A DNA stretch of 63,656 nucleotides, counting the filler, from Welwitschia mirabilis (lineage: Eukaryota), in the NCBI GenBank assembly GCA_051453625.1. It is 5 parts of one record of this genome, joined end to end, with 100 filler letters (N's around TTAATTAATTAA, not from the genome) between each part and the next. Parts side by side here need not be neighbours in the genome. Positions count along the whole stretch, not along the records: positions 1 to 22,369 come from JBOZIK010000001.1; positions 22,470 to 34,020 come from JBOZIK010000001.1; 3 more parts are not named here. One strand, given 5' to 3'. The number at the start of each line of letters is the position of its first letter. Position 1 is the stretch's first letter. The position numbers and the translations under genes are program-made. The notes below the pieces were generated by a model, which searched no databases, was not told the DNA's origin, and worked only from the letters and a program-made list of their open reading frames with translations. This document shows positions 13,320 through 24,530 of the stretch, in pieces.

Positions 13320-13812
13320 TGGCGGCCTGGACGTCCTCCGTTGGTAGGTTTGCGGCGGCCGATTTCGTGTTGCATGACTGGTGACGTCACGTGCATGCAT
13401 GGGCATCAGCTTGTGACGTCAGCCGCAGACCTTCCTTGCCTGTAAGAATGTTTGATGGTCGCACATTTTTAATGTTTTACCCCTCGCCTTCCGAAAAGTT
13501 CGTAAGCCATCGGTGTTTGGAAATGCATGGCTGTTTTCTGGGCACGTGGGATGGCGTTGCCATTTCCGTTTAGGAATCATTGGGTGACACGTTAAAGTTG
13601 CCGCGTCTCACGTGTAACCTTATCAACCGTAGATTGTGGGGCCGGCGGCTTTTTGTTTGTGAATTGTGATTCTCGTCCCGTGGTTGAGAGCGATGTTCCA
13701 CGTTTTGTCTCAACTTCCACATGCGATATACGAGACGCGAGCAAGCTGGGACTCTGATGATTGTGATCCCGCGTTTAGGAGAACTTCATACCATACTCGT
13801 ATAACGTGTTGG
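13320..13812. promoter_or_regulatory. Dense downstream cis-element cluster (G-boxes, TGACGTCA, GCC box, CGCG box)
   Basis: GTGACGTCAC palindrome 13381-13390 overlapping CACGTG 13388-13393; second TGACGTCA 13414-13421; CACGTG 13543-13548 and 13609-13614; CACGTT 13588 and 13699; CCGCGT 13601; AGCCGCC on the minus strand 13644-13650; AACGTG 13803. Confidence 0.55.
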
Positions 13813-14639
13813 ATCTGAGCATAATGTGTTTAGATTTGCGTGGGCCACGGAATGCTCTCCTAGTTTAACTATGACATTGGTTTTGGTTGACATGAGTTGT
13901 AGAGTCCTTTTCATGTTTTGAATAACTAATTAAGCTTAACAGAAATGTGCGTGGTATATTCGTCGTGGGAAAGGTTCGGAAAGACAACACAAGGACAGAA
14001 CTAGGTCATACCCCATTTTTAAACGAAGCCTAAAAGGTTTCATGATTATCTATGGGACGGGATGTCTCCTTTTACGTCTTCTTTACTATATCTAGCTTAT
14101 CTTTTTTGGTCTTTAAAATTAAGTAGTAAGTTAAATCTTCTTTCTTGGCATTATTGCCTTATAATTCAGAAGTTAGATTTCAACGTAATTTAATTATTAG
14201 TGGCTAACAGAATTTAGGCTTTTGGATCACAATCTTGTCTTTATAGGAGTCCAAACATTTAGAAGTCCTTTAAATAAAGTAGGTCTAAGAAAAGAACACC
14301 AAAGTACCATAACCTTTTTAAAAACTATAAATGTGTGTGACGCACACATGGAAAAATGATATTTAAAACATATAAATTTAAAAATGCATATTGAAATAAT
14401 ATGGTGTGAAACATATTTATGGTTCATCTTGAGATTCTTCAGGCCAAGTATGTTTGTCTTTTCTACATAATAATCAACTAGTCTCTTATCTAATATATGT
14501 GTATCCGTAACTCCAGTTTGCATAGATAAAGTAACTTTAGAATACAAAATTGTTTATAAATATTGTTTACAATGTAAATGTTGTGTTTAAAACTTTCATT
14601 ATTTAATATACATAAGATTCTACATATTAAAGGTCTAGC

Positions 14640-15304
14640 AAAGCTTATATCACAAGATGATTAAGGTCATAGGTTGAACTCCTAATACAAACAATTTAGA
14701 TACTTCAATATAAAGATGTGTAAGTCAACCTTCATATGGAAACCCAAGAGTAGTTAAAATAGTTATTTAACTAACTCCAAAATAACTATAACCAAACATA
14801 GTAATGAAGGACATTTGATTCTTATCTTAAAGGATGAAAGAAAGATCTCACAAAAATCAAGGAAAAGACAACATAATAACTGTCATGAACGACATCCTAA
14901 TCAAGGTGAATTTCATATAAGTCAAGCCTTTCATAGACCTCCAAGATCATAATCAATGTGAATTCTTAGCAACCTAATTTAAGCTTCCCACACATGTCAA
15001 TTAAAGTAATGTTTTAAAGCACACGAGTTCATGTTCTGTCAATGTCAAAAGGGTTTCATTACTAGGTTTTTACTTTTGTTAAAAGATCCCCTTGAAGCTT
15101 TCAAGTTACATGTATTAAAAAGTAACAAAGTCCCAATGTTATCATTAAAACCTAGTATAATGGTGCTCTAAATGTTTGAAATGTACTTGTTTCTATTGCA
15201 TTCATGTGTCCAAGGCACTAAACAACACCAAGGAATTTGAGAAATTATAGGGAAACAAACCTTAATACCCCTAAAAGATGAAAGGTCTAAAAGGTTGCGA
15301 TTAT
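14640..15304. repeat. Old unclassified repeat, copy 1 (target of the Athila insertion); homologous to ~32400-33000
   Basis: Collinear blocks: atcacaa.atga..aggttgaactcct, atagtta.tt.actaactc, aaaatcaag.aaa, taatcaagg..aatttcat, ttcatgtg, taaaagatg..aaaggtt. Confidence 0.7.
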
Positions 15305-17423
15305 TGTAGCGCTGCTAATTTGTATGTATTTGATAGGGTATTTTGAGTAGTTTTGTAGGACATTAGATAGGTTTATGCTAAATTTTGACAATAAGGGAGA
15401 GTTACGAAGAATGACACAAAACATGCAATCTTTGTTACATTTTACAGCATTTGAGGCAATTTACAATATTTCCTATCTGAAGTAAAATTCCTGTAAACAA
15501 TAAGGCTAATGTGATACATAAAAAACTATACAAAAGCCTATCGTCCACCTCATCATCCGGACGACTGTATGGATAATAAAACACTTAAGCAAAGGAAGAT
15601 GCCGACAAGAATGAATCTGACAACTAATGTGAAACTCGTGTAAGGTGGCATTGTCTCCTATATCGTCCAGACGACCAGCAGGATGACACCAGAGATACGT
15701 TTCACTAAACTTCACCAAACTCTAACCATTTGTCGCATACTTTCTTGCGCAATTATTAGGGTTGTTTCTGTGCCTGTTAGTCTTGTCTGTTTTTAGAGTC
15801 TGTTTTGCAAATATATACCTCCTTTGCCCTCAACTCTACATTGTTTTCATTTGCACCAGAAATTCTCGTGACAGAAGATTGAAGGGCTAGAGATCCATCC
15901 ATTGTTGTTACAGAGAAACGTCTTCCTTGGTGTTGGACTATGCATCCTTCATTGAGGTGCTGCTACTTTGTAACACAGATGTGGGTTTGATTCTAATCAA
16001 AACTCTGTCCTTCTTTTATATCTTTTATTTTGTGCATGTCCCTTATGGTTTATGTTACTTTTGATTCCGTGACAGCTTCTTTAGTGATATAGATCATGAT
16101 GGCAACCTTTGTTAAGGTTGACATTGTTAGTTTAGGTGCATTGTATTTCCTTTTGTAAAATAACTTTTTATAGTTTTCATATTTTATTCGATGTACCTGA
16201 TAGCAAGGTTGGTCTCAATCTGGTGATGGCATTTCTTAATTAATCTAGGTTATATAGGGTCAATCTCCATGATAAGTTGATTTGGTAATTGGATGGAAGT
16301 TGTACTTAGNNNNNNNNNNNNNNNNNNNNNNNNNNNNNNNNNNNNNNNNNNNNNNNNNNNNNNNNNNNNNNNNNNNNNNNNNNNNNNNNNNNNNNNNNNN
16401 NNNNNNNNNNNNNNNNNNNNNNNNNNNNNNNNNNNNNNNNNNNNNNNNNNNNNNNNNNNNNNNNNNNNNNNNNNNNNNNNNNNNNNNNNNNNNNNNNNNN
16501 NNNNNNNNNNNNNNNNNNNNNNNNNNNNNNNNNNNNNNNNNNNNNNNNNNNNNNNNNNNNNNNNNNNNNNNNNNNNNNNNNNNNNNNNNNNNNNNNNNNN
16601 NNNNNNNNNNNNNNNNNNNNNNNNNNNNNNNNNNNNNNNNNNNNNNNNNNNNNNNNNNNNNNNNNNNNNNNNNNNNNNNNNNNNNNNNNNNNNNNNNNNN
16701 NNNNNNNNNNNNNNNNNNNNNNNNNNNNNNNNNNNNNNNNNNNNNNNNNNNNNNNNNNNNNNNNNNNNNNNNNNNNNNNNNNNNNNNNNNNNNNNNNNNN
16801 NNNNNNNNNNNNNNNNNNNNNNNNNNNNNNNNNNNNNNNNNNNNNNNNNNNNNNNNNNNNNNNNNNNNNNNNNNNNNNNNNNNNNNNNNNNNNNNNNNNN
16901 NNNNNNNNNNNNNNNNNNNNNNNNNNNNNNNNNNNNNNNNNNNNNNNNNNNNNNNNNNNNNNNNNNNNNNNNNNNNNNNNNNNNNNNNNNNNNNNNNNNN
17001 NNNNNNNNNNNNNNNNNNNNNNNNNNNNNNNNNNNNNNNNNNNNNNNNNNNNNNNNNNNNNNNNNNNNNNNNNNNNNNNNNNNNNNNNNNNNNNNNNNNN
17101 NNNNNNNNNNNNNNNNNNNNNNNNNNNNNNNNNNNNNNNNNNNNNNNNNNNNNNNNNNNNNNNNNNNNNNNNNNNNNNNNNNNNNNNNNNNNNNNNNNNN
17201 NNNNNNNNNNNNNNNNNNNNNNNNNNNNNNNNNNNNNNNNNNNNNNNNNNNNNNNNNNNNNGACATCAATTCTTTTTCTTCTCGCTTATGCCTTCAATAA
17301 GAATATGACATTTAGATCACTCTCATCTATATTAGTATGTTGTGTTGTGTAAAATTTATATTTATTTGTGAATGATAGGATCTTCTTGAGAATGTAACAT
17401 TTGCACAAATACACATCACAACA
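15305..17423 (+). repeat. 5' LTR of Athila-like element A (length inflated by an N gap)
   Basis: Begins TGTAGCGCTGCTAATTTGTATG and ends CACAACA immediately before the PBS; collinear with 29696-31050. Confidence 0.88.
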
Positions 17424-17426
17424 TCT

Positions 17427-17444
17427 TGGTTCCATTGCCGGGGA
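17427..17444 (+). other. Primer-binding site, tRNA-Asp type (Athila-like)
   Basis: TGGTTCCATTGCCGGGGA, 3 nt after the LTR end; close to the Athila-type TGGCGCCGTTGCCGGGGA. Confidence 0.8.
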
Positions 17445-18089
17445 AAGGCTGCTTAGAGTTTGAGGATTATTGTTTCTCAGTTGAGAGCTTTGTATTTTAG
17501 TTCGGGTATTTACCTATAGTAGCACTATATTTTTATAATAGAAATGTAGGTTTTTCTTTCTGCAGTTTCCATTTTGCATTCCAAAATAAACACCCTATCA
17601 TCCACTTCATTATCCAGTTGACACACGATGATAATGACCTACCTTAAGTTTTACGCTTTCTTAGGAATTAGGGTTTTTCTATTATCACCTTTGTCATCCA
17701 CAGATGACAGTCTGTTTTCAGTGTCTATTATTTCATGATCCTGTTTTTCTACGTTTTTCATTTTCAGGTTTTTTATGTATTCTGTCATCCAGGCATATCG
17801 TCCAGATAACCACAGAGACGACACGCACTAAAATAAAAACTGAGCATGCTAGGATATGGTAAATTCTCATAAGAAAGCAAAATATTAGAGAGAGTGGTTG
17901 TTCATACAAGAAAACATTCGAGAAGGTTTGATCGACTACGAACTTAACCCAAGTATGCACACCACGGGTATGCAAAATATTTCAAACATTCAACAAAAAG
18001 AAATTTTTGCATTTATTGTTTTAGAATCTAAAAAAGAAAATTTTTGAAAAGATAGTTTGAAAGATAATTTAGAAGAAAATCATTTTATT

Positions 18090-21000
18090 AATATGTTGAA
18101 TTAGTTGCAAAAACAAGAGCAGGTTACTCTGTCTAACCCCCTTGTTATTATTGGAACCACTACTACTACGCCCATAAATCCTAATGCTAATGTTACCTTT
18201 AAAGAACTTATAGCAAATAAGAAATGTGAAATCCAAACCCCTTTTGACCTACCTCCTGGTGATGATACTAATTTAAGAAAACAACAACCCTATTTTTAAT
18301 GGAGAAAACGATGAAGATCCTTTACAACATATTGCTGACAACTAACAATTAGTACTTACTTTTGAAAATGGTAAAAAAAAAAAATTAGTGATCATACTTA
18401 TATGGTTATTTTTCCCATCACTTTAAAAGGCAAAGCTAAACTATGGTTAAGAACTCTTTTACATAACAGTTTAAAAACATGGAATCAAGTTCGAGAAGCA
18501 TTTATAAAGAGATTTATGAGTGAAACAACCAGTAAAAAAAAGAAAGAAAGAAGTAATAAATTTTTAAGAACCACCTAATGAAGATTATGCCTCAACCTAT
18601 GAGCAATTTTTTTTCTGGCCTTACATTCGAACCCCATAGATGTTTTTTGTCAAGAAGAATTAGTAGATTACTTTTATAGTGGACTAAATAGCCAAATAAA
18701 GTAACTTGTTGACTTTCATATGGAGGAAATTTAATGAATCTCACATTAGAAAATGCATGGAAAGTGTTGCAGGAATTAGTGAAATAAGGCAAACATGACC
18801 TAAACCCTCACCTAGATAAAATTGTACAGTAGATCAGATTATAAAAGACCTTAAAGAAGTTAAATAAGAGAAGGAGGAAGTGAAAATAGAGAAATAACCA
18901 ACTAGTATTATTAAGGATTTCACTACAACATTAGAGAAATACACACAAATGATCTTAGATGCTAAGGTGACAATAAAAAAGAGTGTAGTTGTAGTTCCAA
19001 CTTGTGATTTAGGTGAAGATAACTACTATGTGATGAAAGATTAGTCTATACTACCAACCTATAAAGAAAAGATTTATGAAGAGTTATGTGCATTTAATCA
19101 AAGGTTTTTAAACTTTAAAAACCAAAACCAAAATCAAAATCAGAACCAAAATCAAAACCAATTTTAACCTAAGATGAATGGACAACCAAATTTTCAATCT
19201 TTTGAGAACAATCTTAAGAACTTTTAAGAAAATCATCCTAATTTTCAACCATTTAAAAACAAATTTAAGAATGAAAATTTTCAACCAAACAACTCTCATT
19301 ATCAAGCAAGCACATCAAACTCATAAAACCAAAATGATCCACTTAGAAATTTCATTGATGAGTTAAGAAAATCTTAAGAGAAAATAAATTCAAATATTGA
19401 AAATCTTGTTAATGTTCTACAACAAACTATGCTTTCTAATTAAAGACCATAAGGATCACTTGCAACACAATCTTTACCAAACCCTAATGAAGTTAAGAAA
19501 AATTATAAGGTTGTGACAAGAAGTAGAAATGATACAACACTTGCTATCCAAGAGGCTTCAACATCCCAAAATGATCAAAATTATGAGGAAGAAAAAGATA
19601 TTGAAATTTTTAAAAATTGTTCTTTCCATTCTCTCTTAAATAATAATAAGAAAAATTCTTCTCAAGAAAAAGGTAAGAAACCTGCTACCCCTTGGCTTGA
19701 CAGATTAAATACTAATTCTACATTAAATGAACATCTTAAAGCCTTAATGGAAAATGTAAGTATAAATTTACCATTTTGGAAACTTTTGCAAGATAAAATA
19801 TTTAAAGTTGTAGAAAGATCTAATTAGGAGGAAACAAAAATGAACTATACCTAATAAAGTCTTCCTAGCTCAATCTATAACCAAATTAGTCTTACAAAAA
19901 TGTCCAAAGTTTAAGGATCTAGGGGCAGCAATAGTTAGTGTTCCTTTAGAATGGAACAAAAGAATAAAAAAATCCTTAATTTATATAGGAGCAAGTGTTC
20001 ATATTATGCCTTTGCATATTTGTCAATGAATTGGGTTGGAAAGTAGAATTGAGCCTACAAGGATTGCCTTAAAATTAGTAGATACATTAGTTAAGAAACC
20101 TTTAGGCATGATTAAAGACTTAGTAATTCAAATAGAAGAAGAATTCTATCCTATAGATGTGGTTATGATTGAAGTTGAGTATAACGAAGGTCATTCATTA
20201 CTTCTAGGTAGAGCTTTTCATGCAACAGCCCATTGTATTATTGATACCAGAACTGAAATGATGGAATGCCACTTAGGAAATAAGAAGTTTACAATAAGAG
20301 TATTTGATGCTGCTGAAAAAGACTTAGGTCATGAATTGAATGTTAAAGAAGAGATTAAACCTAGCTTATTTCACAACATTATTCACTTGAAGAAATATGG
20401 TCAATGCTTCATGAGCCAACTTTGTTTGATGACCCACTTGAAGTAGACAACTTGAAAGCTTTTGATGATGATCAACTTAATTACAAGCATTTAGGAAATA
20501 ATTATTTTAATCAGGAGAATAGAAAAACTGAAACTTTAAACTATGCATAAGTCTAAGATCTGAGTAAAACTGATATTTCTTATTTTGAGGGAGGTCATCC
20601 ACTACTGTCGTCCAGACGATAGTTTAAGATGACAGTCAATTTTGATGAAAATTTAATGAAAATAAAAATCTAAATTTAAATCTAAAACCTTTACCCAGTG
20701 AACTAAAATATATCTTCTTATACAATGATCAGAACAAACCTTTAATAATAAATGAGAATCTTTTCCCTCAACAAGAGTTAATTTTAAACTCACTTTTAAA
20801 ATGTAAGGTTACTATGTTTGCTTAATCCCATAAAGATTTAACAGCCATTCCTATCTCTATTATTTAACATAAAATCTATCTTAAGGATAATGCAAAAACC
20901 TGTTAGGCAACCCCAACATAGACTAAATCCAGCTCTTAAACAAGTCATAAAGGATGACATCATTAAATTAATAGATGCTGGAATTATTTATGCTATAGTT

Positions 21001-24000
21001 GATAGTGAATGAATTAGACCTTTGACTGTAGTACCTAAGAAAGGTGGGAAATGAAGGATTGTATTGATTTTAGAAGATTAAATGAAGTAACTAAGAAAGT
21101 CCATTGTCCTTTACCTTTCCTCAATCAGATACTTAATAGAATTCAAGGACATGCTTTTTAGTGTTTTCTTGATGGGTATAGTGGTTATAATTAGGTTTGT
21201 ATTACTAGTGAGGATTATGCTAAAACTACCTTTACTTTATGTTTTGAAACTTTTGCTTTTAGACACATGCCTTTTGGACTTTGCAATGCTCTTGGTACTT
21301 TTCAACGTGCAATGATGGGTATTTTTTCTGATATGTTAGAGGATTCAATATAAATTTTTATGGAGGAATTCTCAATCTATGATGAAAGCTTTAAGCAAAT
21401 CTTAGAAATATTAGAGAAAGTCTTTGATAGATGCATTACTAGTTGTCTTCATTTAAGTTGGGAGAAAGGTTTCTTTTTGGTTAACAGTGGAATTGTCTTA
21501 GGTCATTACATTTATGATAAAGGAAAAAGGATGGATCTTAAAAAATTTAGTATCATTAAAAACCTAACCCCTCCAGCCAATATAAAATAAGTTCGATCCT
21601 TCCTTGATTATTGTGGTTTTTATTGTCGCTTTATTTAAGATTATGAAAAAATTTGTAAACCCCTTTACTTGCTACTTGAAAATGAAGCTAAATTTGATTG
21701 GAGTGAATCTTGTTAGCTTGCTTTTAATACACTTAAAAATAAAATCTCTTCTACTCCTATTGTAACAGGATCCAATTGGAATAAAGATTTTGAGTTAATA
21801 TGTGATGCTAGTAATATTTCCATGGGTNNNNNNNNNNNNNNNNNNNNNNNNNNNNNNNNNNNNNNNNNNNNNNNNNNNNNNNNNNNNNNNNNNNNNNNNN
21901 NNNNNNNNNNNNNNNNNNNNNNNNNNNAATATTTTGAGTTAATATGTGATGCTAGTAATACTACCATGGGTGGGGTGCTTTGTCAAAAATATGAAAATGA
22001 TTTTAATGTTATAATTATTCATAGTAAAACTTTGTCTAAAGCTCAAATAAATTATACTACTATAGAAAAAGAGATGTTATCTATTATCTTTTGTCCTGAT
22101 ATGCTTAGAAAATATCTTTTAGGCTTTTATAAAAATGTTTATATCGACCATGTAGTAACTAGATACCTCATGACCAAGAAAAATTATAGTGCTAGACTTA
22201 TTAGATGGATCCTTCTCATGCAAAAATTTAATTTAACCATTATTAATAAATCAAAAAATCATAATAGTATAGCTGACCATTTGTCACATCTTTCTTCCTA
22301 TCTTGATGATTTTATGGTTATTTATTCTTCCTTGGATGAATAACTTTTTGCTATATCTCCTACCCATCCNNNNNNNNNNNNNNNNNNNNNNNNNNNNNNN
22401 NNNNNNNNNNNNNTTAATTAATTAANNNNNNNNNNNNNNNNNNNNNNNNNNNNNNNNNNNNNNNNNNNNTCACTACATTTCTGATAAAGGAAAAAGGATG
22501 GATCCTAAAAAAATTAGTATCATTAAAAATCTAACCCCTCCAGCCAATATAAAATAAGTTCGATCCTTCCTTGATTATTGTGATTTTTATTATCGCTTTA
22601 TTTAAGATTATGAAAAAATTTGTAAACCCCTTGACTTGCTACTTGAAAACGAAGCTAAATTTGATTGGAGTGAATCTTGTTAGCTTTCTTTTAATACACT
22701 TAAAAATAAAATCTCTTCTACTCCTATTGTAATAGGATCCAATTGGAATAAATATTTTGAGTTAATATGTGATGCTAGTAATATTTCCATGGGTAGGGTG
22801 CTTAATCAAAAATACGAAAATGATTTTAAAGTTATATCTTATTATAGTAAAATTTTATCTAAATCTCAAATGAATTATACTACTATAGAAAAATAAATTT
22901 AAAAGTGATTATATTTTGTTTTGATATGCTTAGACATTATCTGTTAGGCTTTCCTACAAATGTTTATACTAATCATGTAGTAATTAAATACCTCATAACT
23001 AAAAAATATTCTAGTACTAGACTTCTAAGATAAATCCTCCTCATGCAAGAATTTAATTTGACCATCATTGATAAAGCATGAAATCATAATAGTATAGCTG
23101 ATCATTTGTCACATCTTTCTTCCTCTCTTAACGATCTTATGATTAATGATTATTTTCCAGATGAACAACTTTTTACCATATTTTTTACTCATCCTCCTCT
23201 TTGATGTGCTAATATGGTTAATTATCTTATTACCATGAAAACACCATAACATTATACTTATAATTAAAGAAAATCTTTTCTTCATAAAATAGGTGACTAT
23301 GAATGGATAGAAGCATATATTTATCTTAGGTCTAAAGATCAAATCATGCAAAAATGTGTACCTGAATGAGAAAAANNNNNNNNNNNNNNNNNNNNNNNNN
23401 NNNNNNNNNNNNNNNNNNNNNNNNNNNNNNNNNNNNNNNNNNNNNNNNNNNNNNNNNNNNNNNNNNNNNNNNNNNNNNNNNNNNNNNNNNNNNNNNNNNN
23501 NNNNNNNNNNNNNNNNNNNNNNNNNNNNNNNNNNNNNNNNNNNNNNNNNNNNNNNNNNNNNNNNNNNNNNNNNNNNNNNNNNNNNNNNNNNNNNNNNNNN
23601 NNNNNNNNNNNNNNNNNNNNNNNNNNNNNNNNNNNNNNNNNNNNNNNNNNNNNNNNNNNNNNNNNNNNNNNNNNNNNNNNNNNNNNNNNNNNNNNNNNNN
23701 NNNNNNNNNNNNNNNNNNNNNNNNNNNNNNNNNNNNNNNNNNNNNNNNNNNNNNNNNNNNNNNNNNNNNNNNNNNNNNNNNNNNNNNNNNNNNNNNNNNN
23801 NNNNNNNNNNNNNNNNNNNNNNNNNNNNNTTATCCATTAGAATAGAACATAAAGGAGCTTGTACTTATCATCCACAAACCAATGGTCAAGCCAAACATGC
23901 AAATAGAGAAATTAAGGAAATGATACAAAAAATTATCTTTGTTAATAATAAATCTTGAGCTTCTAAGCTTAACAATGTTTTTTGCGCTTACTGTGCTACT

Positions 24001-24530
24001 TGGCATAATTTTCTTAGTTTTTCACCTTATGAACTTATACACAGAAAAGTTTGTATTTTACCTGTTAATGTATGTTATAACTCTTATCGTTCTTCTACTT
24101 AACGTAAACTTGTAGACCTTCATGAGAATCTTAAACATAGATTAGCCCAGCTTGATCAACTAGATGAAATATGTACTCGTGCTATACATCATTAATTAAT
24201 CCACAAAGCACAAGTTCAGTTTAAACATGATAGAAAGTTACTTCATAAAAGGTTTAAACCTAATCAATTTGTTCTTTTATATAATACTAGAATACATCTT
24301 TTACCTAAGAAGTTGAACTCTAAATGGTTAGGTCCTTATCTTATAGTGAAAGTACATTCCAATGATTTTATTGAGATTTTCGACTTAAAAACTAAGAAGA
24401 TTTAGAAAGTTAATGAACAAATGTTTAAAATATATAAAAAATATTTCGATGCAACCTTGAACATGGTAGAAGCAATTATTTTGGAGGTTTGCCTCAATGA
24501 GGAGAACTTCCACCCTATTAATATATGAAT
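18090..24530 (+). pseudogene. gag-pol of element A (Retrotrans_gag, aspartic protease, RT, RNase H, integrase), many stops; RT-RH part duplicated across the scaffold spacer
   Basis: gag EDPLQHI..LKGKAKLWLRTL..LKTWNQVREAFIKRF; NQ-repeat linker ~19115-19165; protease IGASVHIMP ~19985 and LLLGRAFHATA; RT RLNPALKQVIKDDIIKLIDAGII, FLDGYSGYN, MPFGLCNA; RH FELICDASN..NYTTIEKEML..ADHLS; INT YHPQTNGQA..NREIK; WLGPY ~24325-24340. Confidence 0.9.
22414..22425. other. Artificial scaffold spacer TTAATTAATTAA within a 100-nt N block (also at 34065-34076, 58517-58528, 61240-61251)
   Basis: The same 12-mer, with stops in all six frames, is centred in N runs four times. Confidence 0.95.

Noticed and set aside
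16250-17352. Long ORFs of 150-350 aa in the ORF track here and at 1737, 23109, 28917, 36563, 46513, 48693, 50735, 55446
   Set aside because: They consist mostly of X from N gaps and are not evidence of genes.
22370-22469. Palindromic TTAATTAATTAA recurring four times (22414, 34065, 58517, 61240)
   Set aside because: Always centred in N padding and encodes stops in all six frames. It is a synthetic contig/scaffold linker, and adjacency across it is not guaranteed.
21500-23200. Apparent double RT-RNase H (dual RNase H architecture) in element A
   Set aside because: The two copies are highly similar and straddle gaps and a scaffold spacer. This is not the additional archaeal-type RNase H of Tat/Ogre elements.
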